From positions 1,290,001 through 1,322,000 of the forward strand of contig NZ_CP011041.1 in NCBI RefSeq assembly GCF_002310835.1: a stretch of 32,000 nt of DNA, read 5' to 3'. The stretch comes from Pseudoalteromonas tetraodonis. Its GTDB lineage: Bacteria; Pseudomonadota; Gammaproteobacteria; Enterobacterales; Alteromonadaceae. The notes beneath the pieces are model-generated. The model did not search any database, was not told where the DNA came from, and saw only the letters and a program-made list of their open reading frames with translations. The translations under genes and the position numbers were made by a program. Shown in pieces: positions 23,916-32,000 of the stretch (positions are counted from its first letter, which is position 1; every line of letters starts with the position of its first letter).

Positions 23916-24605
23916 TTAAATAAATAAATCCTTTTGTACAGGGGAGGCGCAACTTCCGATGCTTTGGCTTAAGTGAGCTATAAACTCATCAGCAGAGCGA
24001 GTAACTTGTTCTAAAGTGCCATTCTTGACTAAAGAAACATATAAAGCAGCTGCTCTAGCCTGGCAATTAACGCTTTTTTTAGGGTTAAATTCAATATCAG
24101 TAAACGCATTATATTGAATAATTTGAGAGTGTAGTTCTTTGTTTAATTTTAAAGCATTAATGTAAATCCAATCATAAAATACAGTTTTAGGTGTGAGTGG
24201 CCAGGTTTTTCCATTACTAAAAAAGCCAGTTAAACAGCCGCTCTCAACTAAACGGCTATCTCGTTTAACTTCATGTGTCGGAATTGTTAGAAGCTCTTTA
24301 AAAGGGCCGCCATTTTCAAACACTTTAGATGCATGAAAAATATTCTCCAGTGGAACTTCGCGACCATTTTTTAATGTAACGATCAAATTGAAAGCACTTA
24401 GGCTTATACCCAAGGTACTCTCACTTTTTGTAGAGATCTCAAGTACATTTAAATCATTAAACAAGTTATGCGCAGCGTTATGTAAAGAGCGAACAGATTT
24501 TTGCTTTTGTGTGGCTGCCATTCCTTTATGCCATTCAAAGTCAATAAGCTCTTCCTGTACATAAGGAAACGGCTTAATCACTTTAAAAACGGGTCTAGTA
24601 GCCAC
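23916..24605 (-). CDS. Hypothetical 229-aa protein, candidate partner or antitoxin of the DarT-like protein
   Basis: A GTG start at 24603-24605, 10 nt after the pglZ stop. No macrodomain-like motifs are visible. The string LSAFNLIVTLKNGREVPLENIFHASKVF is only faintly NADAR-like. It is tightly coupled to the downstream gene. Confidence 0.6.
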   Translation of the reverse strand: MATRPVFKVIKPFPYVQEELIDFEWHKGMAATQKQKSVRSLHNAAHNLFNDLNVLEISTKSESTLGISLSAFNLIVTLKNGREVPLENIFHASKVFENGGPFKELLTIPTHEVKRDSRLVESGCLTGFFSNGKTWPLTPKTVFYDWIYINALKLNKELHSQIIQYNAFTDIEFNPKKSVNCQARAAALYVSLVKNGTLEQVTRSADEFIAHLSQSIGSCASPVQKDLFI

Positions 24606-24615
24606 TTAATCAACC

Positions 24616-26670
24616 TTAGGGTGTTGTTATGTTAATTACGGGGGTTAAGCACTCTTGTATGCTTAAGCCACCATGGTTGTAATAATCACCAGCCACATAA
24701 CCTGCAATACCAGGAGCCATGGCTACAGAGACGTTTTCGTTCCAATGCCATGGTACTTTTAATTCGTCAGTGCTTACATTGTCTTTTAAAATAGCACAGC
24801 GGGCTAAGCGTTTTTTAACCTGATTTTTTGGAATGTTTGCTTCAGCTAATTTACCTGGCACCCATAACCAACCGTGGTCGGTCACAATGCGTATATTTTT
24901 CCAGCCAGCAGCTATTAAGCCTTCAATACGGGTGACTACATCATTTAAGACGCTATCAATATAGCGCGGCATTTTTAGCTGTTGCTTATGCCCCATATTG
25001 TCTAAATCGCCAGTTTGCAGCCATGCATTTATAGATGGGTTGCCAGTATCTAACTCTTTTAAAAACTGCCAATCTTTTTTTCCTAATGCACTACTTAAGT
25101 GATAAGAGCTAAACTCAGAGCCAGACTCGGTTATCTGGGGAATAAAGTTATCGTTTTCTTGAGCGCCACTTAAAATATCGGCCACAGGCGTTACGGCAGC
25201 CTTAGCAGTTGCTGTTAATGAGGGCAGGGCACACCAATTACTTGTTAAATTAACATTTATGTTTAATTTACTAAGCTTATTCTCAAGCATTTTTGCAGTA
25301 TCAAAACGTAGTCCATCAACAAAAAACACAGCTTGGCCGTTGGTGTTATACGTTGCGGTCGACTCATTTATTTCACCGGCACTACTTGGTTTACCTGGGT
25401 AGCCTTCGTCCTTTACTAAGCGTTGAAAGTTCAACGTAACAGCTTCAAGCCAGGGGGTATAAATTACTGCCAGAATATCAGCAACTACTTGCTCCTGGTT
25501 TAAATCAGTAGCAGCAGCCATTGCGTTAATTGCTGCCGCATCTGCTTGCCAGAACCGCTCTTTGTAGGTTTGTGCCATTGCTTCTGCATTTGGGCCTGTA
25601 AAATTAATCTGAGTATGTTTAGCAACGTATTCTAGTTGCTCTAATATATTTAGCCAAGGCGACATACCTAGCTTTTGCCACAGCCAGTTTTTACGCTGTT
25701 CATGTAATTTATACAAGGCAGTTAACTGCTGCCTTAGCTCGGTTGGCGTTACACTGATAATGCTAGCTAATTTATTTGCTAATTCAGCTTCATCTTTTAA
25801 ATTTTCAGATAAAAAATGGCTAGCCTCAAACGCTAAACCAGTAGGAGCTATAGTTTTAAGCTTTTCAACTAAACAAGGTAGATTGTGTGCGGTGTCTTTA
25901 AATCGCTCCCAAACAGTATACCATTCGCCTTCAGCCTCACATAAGCTGTAGATAATAGCGCTTATATCGCTTATATCATCAGGGTCAAAGTTAAATTGGC
26001 TTATACAGGCTTGTTTAAATACAGGCCATTTATTTTCATCCCAAGCTTGCTTTTTTGCTTCGGGGTTATTTAACCAAGCTAGAATATCTTTAGCCGGGTC
26101 ATCCATTACAATGCTTATAAAGTCTTGGGCTTCTAGCTTTTTACCTTTTAATTGCTCAGCTGGCGTTTCAAGTAAATCGGGTAGAATATTGAGTATGGCT
26201 TCTTGCGTTTTTTTGTCTTTGGCAACATCAAGCTCTAATCCCACACGCGGGTTTGTTAAAAATGAGCCAACACTCCAATCCCTACCTGCAGAGTTGTAAG
26301 CCCACCAGCAGCCTCTGTATTGCAATTCGGCTAAAGGTCTTAATTCATCAGGGCATTGCTCTATTGCACGTAAGTCTTTGCGGCCAACACCTGGTAAATA
26401 AATTATCGGGGTTTTATCTTTTGTTAATTCACAGTCTTCCAATACCCCAGCTATCGCACATTTAATCCAAATAGCAGGGCCTATGCGCTCCTCTGGACAA
26501 TAAGTTCCTAGCTCAATGAGCTCAGGTAAATGTTGTTTTATAAACGGCATAGCAGGTTGCCACTGGCATTCAATATCAGTCCACAAAATAGCAGCAGGTG
26601 CAACTTGCACCGCTGAATTATAGGTTGCTGAGCTTCGCAGTTGCGAAGCTAGGTAATCAATTAATTGCAT
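24616..26670 (-). CDS. pglZ: BREX PglZ (alkaline-phosphatase superfamily)
   Basis: 684 aa. FFVDGLRFD (25300-25326) and IVTDHGW are the PglZ-domain metal-site motifs. The N-terminal AILWTD...WQP region and the position downstream of pglX fit BREX. Confidence 0.85.
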   Translation of the reverse strand: MQLIDYLASQLRSSATYNSAVQVAPAAILWTDIECQWQPAMPFIKQHLPELIELGTYCPEERIGPAIWIKCAIAGVLEDCELTKDKTPIIYLPGVGRKDLRAIEQCPDELRPLAELQYRGCWWAYNSAGRDWSVGSFLTNPRVGLELDVAKDKKTQEAILNILPDLLETPAEQLKGKKLEAQDFISIVMDDPAKDILAWLNNPEAKKQAWDENKWPVFKQACISQFNFDPDDISDISAIIYSLCEAEGEWYTVWERFKDTAHNLPCLVEKLKTIAPTGLAFEASHFLSENLKDEAELANKLASIISVTPTELRQQLTALYKLHEQRKNWLWQKLGMSPWLNILEQLEYVAKHTQINFTGPNAEAMAQTYKERFWQADAAAINAMAAATDLNQEQVVADILAVIYTPWLEAVTLNFQRLVKDEGYPGKPSSAGEINESTATYNTNGQAVFFVDGLRFDTAKMLENKLSKLNINVNLTSNWCALPSLTATAKAAVTPVADILSGAQENDNFIPQITESGSEFSSYHLSSALGKKDWQFLKELDTGNPSINAWLQTGDLDNMGHKQQLKMPRYIDSVLNDVVTRIEGLIAAGWKNIRIVTDHGWLWVPGKLAEANIPKNQVKKRLARCAILKDNVSTDELKVPWHWNENVSVAMAPGIAGYVAGDYYNHGGLSIQECLTPVINITTP

Positions 26671-26679
26671 TTAATACAC

Positions 26680-28470
26680 TCAAATACTAGGTAATTTAAA
26701 GAGCTCAACTACTTTAGATACTAAAAGTTCTGTTCTATTTTTGATTTTATCAACAGACCAGCTGGTTTCCGAAGCTAATTTACTATTTAGATACAGACCG
26801 TTTTTATATCCAACCGGGTTGCCTTTCCGATTTGTTCTATCACGTTTCTCTTCGAAGCTCTTATTACCTAATGTGCTGTTGTAGCCTGAAATTGTAAGAT
26901 TCCCTAAATAGTGAACATATTGTTGTTTGTATGTTTGGGCTAGTTCTTTGTCACCATTAGCTATCATATTAACCCAAGACTCAGGTATGTTGTCACCCTG
27001 CGGGAATATATGTTCAATTGTCCAAACATATTGTTTGCCCTCAATTGCCCATAAATTAACGGTTGATTCCCTTGTCATTACACTCTCTTCAATGGCACAA
27101 AGAGCAAAACGACATACCGCTTTATTATCATCATATAGGTTGCCAGATAGCCCTTTAATAAAGTCTTCATCTGATGCACTTACATTTACTAATGACTTAC
27201 AAATAAGGTCATAAATCGCATCACCTTTTAGCTTTGTAGCCTCATCAGAGAGGGACATAAATATTTTTGTTAAATCTCTCGTGGCAGGTGTATCTGTAGT
27301 ATTCCTACGCACAAAAAAAGCAATTAACAAAGTAACAATTTTTTCAAAATGTTCTGATTTCAACTCTAGTGTTTCTTGTTTACTAAACAGTAGGAGTAAT
27401 AATAGATACGATGGAACACCCTGAATGTTTTCTAAGCTAGACAGCAGTCCTGTTAATTTAGGGTTATCCGGAACTTCTTTATTGCCAATAATTTGCGCGT
27501 ACAAATTAGCATGCACCATCATTGTTTTTAAGAAACTGCTAGCATCATTGGCGATCAGTTTTTCGTAAATATGAATAAGGTTAGATTTAGTCGCAACAGG
27601 AACACTAACAATATGCTTTAATTCAGGTTTAAATGCATTGTAGTACTGCCTAAAATATCGTTCTTGTATTCCATAATCATCACCAAGATAAGCTAATACT
27701 TTCATCCAATTATTAAAGTGCTTATCTATTTGCCCTGCATCATCCGACTCAAGTTTTGCCAACAACTTGTTTTTTATTAAATCAATAGCAGTAAGTGGTA
27801 CCCCTCTGTTATTCAAAGATTCAAACAAAGTATATGCATCAGAATGACTAGCCACTTCAATTTTCACTAAGGTGGCTGTATTTACTTTATCTATTAACTC
27901 AGAAAGCGCTGCAAGCTGATCGGTAGCTTGATATAAAACGTCGTCTATCCTTCTACAAAAATGTCTAAAAGCTCGCAATACACGTCGATTTCCAGCATTT
28001 GAGATATGTTCAGCATTTTCTAAAATACCGGCTTGTTTAAGCACCCAAAAATAATCCTGTTGATTGTTATTTTGAACTTGAGGCGTTAGACGAGTCAGCT
28101 CTGGGGAGTTTTTTAATATTAGTTTATTTTTTAAGTTATAAAGTTCTATCTGTTGCGGCATATCGAGAGTTAACTCTAAGTTGCCATAACACTTGTAGAT
28201 AGCTGCCATTAACAAAGATAAAGTAGTCATTCTTTGCTGGCCATCTACTAATTCTAGTTCCTGGATCTTTAATGAATCTAAACTTTGATTTATGCAGATA
28301 ATAGAACCTAAAAAGTAGCTTGGATCATTTTCAAGTAAGTCTTCAAAAAGAGTATCCCATTGTATTTTCCCCCATGTATATTCACGTTGATACCTAGGGA
28401 TGTTATATACAACCGCTGCTTCAATATTAAATAAAGTCGAAACAGGGTAGTTATCAACGGACTTAATCAT
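26680..28470 (-). CDS. brxU: GmrSD-family type IV restriction-like enzyme (DUF262 + DUF1524), BrxU-like
   Basis: The N-terminal DUF262/ParB-like strings are IPRYQREYTWG, FLGSII and VDGQQR (28231-28245). The C-terminal His-Me finger is WTIEHIFPQ...YLGNLTISGYNSTLGNKSFEEK. The ATG at 28468-28470 overlaps the pglX stop by 8 nt (ATGATTAA); the track start at 28503 is an alternative. Confidence 0.8.
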   Translation of the reverse strand: MIKSVDNYPVSTLFNIEAAVVYNIPRYQREYTWGKIQWDTLFEDLLENDPSYFLGSIICINQSLDSLKIQELELVDGQQRMTTLSLLMAAIYKCYGNLELTLDMPQQIELYNLKNKLILKNSPELTRLTPQVQNNNQQDYFWVLKQAGILENAEHISNAGNRRVLRAFRHFCRRIDDVLYQATDQLAALSELIDKVNTATLVKIEVASHSDAYTLFESLNNRGVPLTAIDLIKNKLLAKLESDDAGQIDKHFNNWMKVLAYLGDDYGIQERYFRQYYNAFKPELKHIVSVPVATKSNLIHIYEKLIANDASSFLKTMMVHANLYAQIIGNKEVPDNPKLTGLLSSLENIQGVPSYLLLLLLFSKQETLELKSEHFEKIVTLLIAFFVRRNTTDTPATRDLTKIFMSLSDEATKLKGDAIYDLICKSLVNVSASDEDFIKGLSGNLYDDNKAVCRFALCAIEESVMTRESTVNLWAIEGKQYVWTIEHIFPQGDNIPESWVNMIANGDKELAQTYKQQYVHYLGNLTISGYNSTLGNKSFEEKRDRTNRKGNPVGYKNGLYLNSKLASETSWSVDKIKNRTELLVSKVVELFKLPSI

Positions 28471-31400
28471 TTTTAGCTTCCTTTGCTGCTTTTTTCTCGG
28501 CAAGTGTTAGGTGATGGTCATTTATACGGTCGCCTTGCTTGCCGCCATATTCTAAGCCTAAGTCATACCAAGGAGCTGACGCTACATCGGTGCCGCGGTC
28601 TTTTTTCCAGTGAATATTGGGTTTTGAACGCAAAATGCCAGCGTCTTTTTTACCTACATCTTTCGTTTTCATGAATGGGCGAATGTTCAGACGAACACCG
28701 TCATTTAAGTCTGGGTTCCAGCCGATAGGTTGCTCTGCTAGCGGCTTCCAGCGAACAAAGATATCCAGGCCTTCTTCACCAACCAAAATACTTTCAAGCT
28801 GTTTTCTTAGGTTTCTAGCGGCAGCTAAACGTATTTCAGCGCCTTCATCGCCATCTTTTTCTAATTGAATCTGGGTGCTAATCCAGTCATCAAGGTAGGT
28901 GTAAATTAAACGCTCTAAACCTTTATAATCGAGCATGTGATAATTTACTAATGCAGAAAACCCATCGGGTAAGCCATCCCATATTTGCCAAATGAATGGG
29001 CGATGTTGAAATAGTTTAGAATGTTGTTCGAAAAATTTATCACGTAGCCAAATGTTTAAGTCGCGAGACTTAACGGACTTCAATAAATTATTTAAGACGG
29101 TAGCAGACCATTTATCGCCATAGGCTGCATGCAAAATGGCTTCTAATCTATCAACCGCTGGTTTTTCACCGCGTATTGCAGGAATACAAACAATACCGTC
29201 ATCATCGATCAAACCATCAAACACATTGTTTTGGGCTATGACTTCACGCATTTCAGGTGCTAATTCTATTTCCGTGTCCAGCTCCGCTGGCCATCGGTAA
29301 CCTAATAGGCGAGCAACAGCGATTTGCAGAACGGTCTCGTCTACACGTAGCTCATTTATCGCTGTTGTTTTTGTTTCTTCATCCCAAATTACAGAAGCAC
29401 AAGGGTGTCCGTGAAAAATCCATTGAGTGGAGTCACTACTAAACGGCTGAGATAAAATACTATCATTGAGTACTTTAGCTTGCTCATTCCAGTGCTTTTT
29501 GTCGAAAGGAACTTTTAACAAGGTTGCATTTGTTACACTTCTTTTTTTGTCTAGTTTTCTGACATTTGTGATGTATGTGTTGCTTCCACAATAAGCTAAT
29601 AATGCGTCTAAGTCATTTTCATTTTTAGGAAAAATAACACTAACGCTGGCATCAAACTTAGATCCGCAATAGGCTGAGGTATTTAAACCTTGTTCATTAA
29701 TAATAATGCCTTTACTGTCCCACGCTAGATTCCCAGATTCATGCATATCATGCAGTTTATGTCTATTCTCTCTAGCATATTTAGCGAGCTTTCCATGTCC
29801 TTGCTCCCAATAAATTACATCAAACATTCCTCCCCACGTATCACTTTTTGCATTTGGTGTTCTTAGATAGTCCCAACAAGTAGCATTAATGTCCACCTCC
29901 CAGGTTTTTCTGACAAATTGATCTTTGTCACCAGTTCGAAGTCCTTGATAGCAAAAAGCGTCGTCAGAAAGTGGGCTTGACGAGTCAACAGGCTCATACA
30001 TTATTCTAGAATCAGGATTTCCAACTTGTTCTGATTGTGACAATAGCTTAATTACATTTTGTTTTAAGCTATTCTTTTTTGAGTCTATTACTTGTTCCGG
30101 GGAAACATCAAAGGCCGCTAGCTTACCATCATTATTACTACTATTAGCTAGAGAAATTAATATGGGTGAAACTCCTATTGGTGTTTCAAATGACTTGTCT
30201 CCTAGCCAAGCTAAAACGTCGATACTCACCTGATTTAGTAATTGATTTCTAAAATCAGTGTAACTAGTTAAGAATAACCAATTTTGAGGTAAAACTAGAG
30301 AAACGACTCCATTACTTTTTGAAAACTTAAGGCAACGCGAAATAAAAACAGTCTCTAACGCACTTTTTTCTTTTTTGTAATATTTTTCGATAAAGTCTTG
30401 AAGAAATTGACAAAGCTCTCCTTTAGTTTTGTAGGGAGGGTTTGTTGATATTAAATCATAAGCCTTTGTTAGTACTTCTGCGGCTTTAATTAGCCCATTC
30501 GCAGTTGCTTTAGCATCATTACTGACTTTGGTGTGGTTAGTGACTGCTGCTTGTAGTAAAGACCACGGTTGTGTACTTTCATTTTCCGAAGTTGGTTTTG
30601 GTTTTATCAAACTACCAAGGCTAGGCGCATTTTTAAATGTTTCTTGCATCCAATTAATAGCACTTTTAAGCTCATCATTGTCTTTCGCTACGTCTTTCCA
30701 TTCTTTTTGGGCTTCACTAATAGACAAACCTGAACAAGCAACTTGTAACTCAGGCAATTGACGGTAACCACCAGAATTAGGATAACGCCAAGCTTCAAGC
30801 GCTAAAGCAAATGCCGCTAATTCTACACAGCGTTGGTCGAGTTCTAAACCATGAATATTTTGAGCTAGTACTTTATCAATTGCTTCTTTTGCAGTTAGCT
30901 TCTCTAGCTCCATTCGTATTGGCACTAGCATTAAGAATTTGGCTACTAAAAAGTGGCCTGAACCACAACAGGGATCGAGAGCTTTAAATTCACTTAAATT
31001 ATCTGGCCATTTATCAAAATCACCTGCGGCACAACGCCATACTTTTGATTTTTCATCTTGAACAAAACGTAAATACTCAAGTGGTACGCCGGGAATAGAG
31101 GCTAGATCTCGCAGCTCTTGCTCGCTAGATGCAGTCGCTAGGTCATCTTGTGTTAAGCGTCGTTTAGCCCACCATGCGCCAAGGGCGTTGTCGAGTAAAA
31201 AGCTCACCATATAAGGTTCGGTGAATAGCTGCGTCACCGGGCTTAGTTCTTTAGCGCCAATTTTTACGCCAGATTCGTTAACTTGTTTTTTCTTTTTGTT
31301 TTGCCAAAATTGATAACACCAACCAAGTGCGTCTGATGCTTGAAAGGTATCAGGGTGCAAGTTTGCAATGAGTTCTTCTAACGCTTGAACATGGTTTATC

Positions 31401-31873
31401 GAAAGTTTAACGTCGAACACAGGCGAATCAGCTCGGAATATTTGCGGCAACATCTCTTGCGCTAATTGACCGGCTAATTCCCATCCGTCTTTAATATCTG
31501 GCTCTTCTTCAGCAAGTTCAAAGCACTCTTTTAGGGTGACTTGGGTGTATTGGTCATACATTAACAGGTCACTTTGTTCTAAAAAACGCGCAAACAACAT
31601 ACGGTGCCAATGTTCGTAGGCCATTTCGTTAACAAGCAATTCTGTTTCTTGTTTGCCTGTATCACGATTTAACACATCACCTAATTGACGGCCGTGGGCA
31701 CGTAAACGTGTTCTAAGCTTTCGTTCTGCATCGCTTAAATAGTTCGGTGCATTGCCCTCGCCAATACCTAGACGAGTAAGCGCCTCGGTAACCGCGACTT
31801 CAACAATGTCACGGGCTTTTTCTACTGTTTTTTCAAGCTTGCCGCGTAATGTTTTATCTAATGGTGTTCTCAT
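28463..31873 (-). CDS. pglX: BREX PglX N6-adenine DNA methyltransferase
   Basis: 1136 aa. The SAM-binding motif I is LDPCCGSGHFLV (DPCCGSGHF at 30950-30976) and catalytic motif IV is NPPY (30431-30442). The large size and the N-terminal helical region ending in YQFW are typical of BREX-1 PglX. Confidence 0.9.
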   Translation of the reverse strand: MRTPLDKTLRGKLEKTVEKARDIVEVAVTEALTRLGIGEGNAPNYLSDAERKLRTRLRAHGRQLGDVLNRDTGKQETELLVNEMAYEHWHRMLFARFLEQSDLLMYDQYTQVTLKECFELAEEEPDIKDGWELAGQLAQEMLPQIFRADSPVFDVKLSINHVQALEELIANLHPDTFQASDALGWCYQFWQNKKKKQVNESGVKIGAKELSPVTQLFTEPYMVSFLLDNALGAWWAKRRLTQDDLATASSEQELRDLASIPGVPLEYLRFVQDEKSKVWRCAAGDFDKWPDNLSEFKALDPCCGSGHFLVAKFLMLVPIRMELEKLTAKEAIDKVLAQNIHGLELDQRCVELAAFALALEAWRYPNSGGYRQLPELQVACSGLSISEAQKEWKDVAKDNDELKSAINWMQETFKNAPSLGSLIKPKPTSENESTQPWSLLQAAVTNHTKVSNDAKATANGLIKAAEVLTKAYDLISTNPPYKTKGELCQFLQDFIEKYYKKEKSALETVFISRCLKFSKSNGVVSLVLPQNWLFLTSYTDFRNQLLNQVSIDVLAWLGDKSFETPIGVSPILISLANSSNNDGKLAAFDVSPEQVIDSKKNSLKQNVIKLLSQSEQVGNPDSRIMYEPVDSSSPLSDDAFCYQGLRTGDKDQFVRKTWEVDINATCWDYLRTPNAKSDTWGGMFDVIYWEQGHGKLAKYARENRHKLHDMHESGNLAWDSKGIIINEQGLNTSAYCGSKFDASVSVIFPKNENDLDALLAYCGSNTYITNVRKLDKKRSVTNATLLKVPFDKKHWNEQAKVLNDSILSQPFSSDSTQWIFHGHPCASVIWDEETKTTAINELRVDETVLQIAVARLLGYRWPAELDTEIELAPEMREVIAQNNVFDGLIDDDGIVCIPAIRGEKPAVDRLEAILHAAYGDKWSATVLNNLLKSVKSRDLNIWLRDKFFEQHSKLFQHRPFIWQIWDGLPDGFSALVNYHMLDYKGLERLIYTYLDDWISTQIQLEKDGDEGAEIRLAAARNLRKQLESILVGEEGLDIFVRWKPLAEQPIGWNPDLNDGVRLNIRPFMKTKDVGKKDAGILRSKPNIHWKKDRGTDVASAPWYDLGLEYGGKQGDRINDHHLTLAEKKAAKEAKND

Positions 31874-31896
31874 TTTTTATTCCTTTAGCAAACTTA

Positions 31897-32000
31897 TTAG
31901 CTAGGTACCACAGGGCCATTGGCTAACTCTGAACGAAGTTGTGCTTCAACGTCTGTTAGCCAAGCTTTAAGATCGTCTTCTGATTCGATCATAGGCTTAT
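31897..32000 (-). CDS. 3' end of upstream BREX gene (brxC expected from type-1 gene order)
   Basis: The minus-strand frame is open from the window edge and reads ...KPMIESEDDLKAWLTDVEAQLRSELANGPVVPS, with TAA at 31897-31899. This is 23 nt upstream of the pglX ATG, with an AAAGGA RBS between. The identity is inferred from synteny only. Confidence 0.5.
   Translation of the reverse strand, partial: KPMIESEDDLKAWLTDVEAQLRSELANGPVVPS

Larger units (their letters stand above)
7197..32000. mobile_element. tRNA-Ser-associated integrative genomic (defence) island; left end only, right end beyond window
   Basis: The P4-type integrase gene begins 187 bp after the tRNA-Ser 3' end. Everything downstream is accessory or defence-like cargo in mixed orientation and looks more AT-rich by eye than the tol-pal core (not quantified). 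No second copy of the tRNA 3' end (attR) occurs in the window. Confidence 0.7.

Noticed and set aside
20953-24605. Search for a Lon-like brxL, or a macrodomain darG, among the genes downstream of pglZ
   Set aside because: None of the ORFs shows Lon protease/ATPase motifs or macrodomain motifs by eye. This absence is reported as a finding rather than assigning those names.
23719-30761. Plus-strand ORFs 23719-23919, 25760-25951, 26111-26299, 26253-26465, 26927-27214, 28483-28674, 28617-28868, 29257-29442 and 30528-30761
   Set aside because: All are antisense to the long, motif-supported minus-strand genes (DarT-like, pglZ, brxU-like, pglX).
7197-32000. Prophage or P4-like satellite interpretation of the island
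   Set aside because: No capsid, terminase, primase/alpha, psu/sid/delta-like or lysis genes are visible. Only the integrase is phage-like, so it is called a genomic island.

Overview
The window looks like a gammaproteobacterial chromosome; gene content and order resemble Alteromonadales/Pseudoalteromonas, but that is inference only. Positions 1-7.2 kb are conserved core: the 3' part of tolQ, then tolR, tolA, tolB, pal, cpoB, a tandem array of seven identical tRNA-Lys(UUU) genes, nadA and a tRNA-Ser(GGA). Directly after the tRNA-Ser, a P4-type tyrosine integrase opens a genomic island that runs to the window end (more than 24.8 kb) and carries defence-like cargo. Module A (8.96-12.6 kb) is a TerB-like protein, two glycine-zipper membrane proteins and a YkgJ-type Cys-cluster protein. 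A lipoprotein gene broken at an A6 homopolymer follows. Module B (14.5-20.7 kb) is two tandem paralogous SF2 helicase-like genes (GKS / DECH / SAT motifs) plus a protein made of ten zinc-ribbon repeats and a T5orf172/GIY-YIG-like nuclease domain. Module C is a zeta-toxin-like P-loop kinase with a 52-aa downstream ORF that is absent from the ORF track. Module D, on the minus strand, is a BREX type-1-like operon: the 3' end of a probable brxC, pglX, a nested GmrSD/BrxU-like DUF262-DUF1524 gene, and pglZ. In it the usual brxL position is taken by an unknown 229-aa protein, a DarT (DUF4433)-like ADP-ribosyltransferase and a TPR protein. Modules A and B and the trio downstream of pglZ match no named system I can recognise, so they are the best candidates for undescribed biology. 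All homology statements come from motif recognition by eye; no searches were run.
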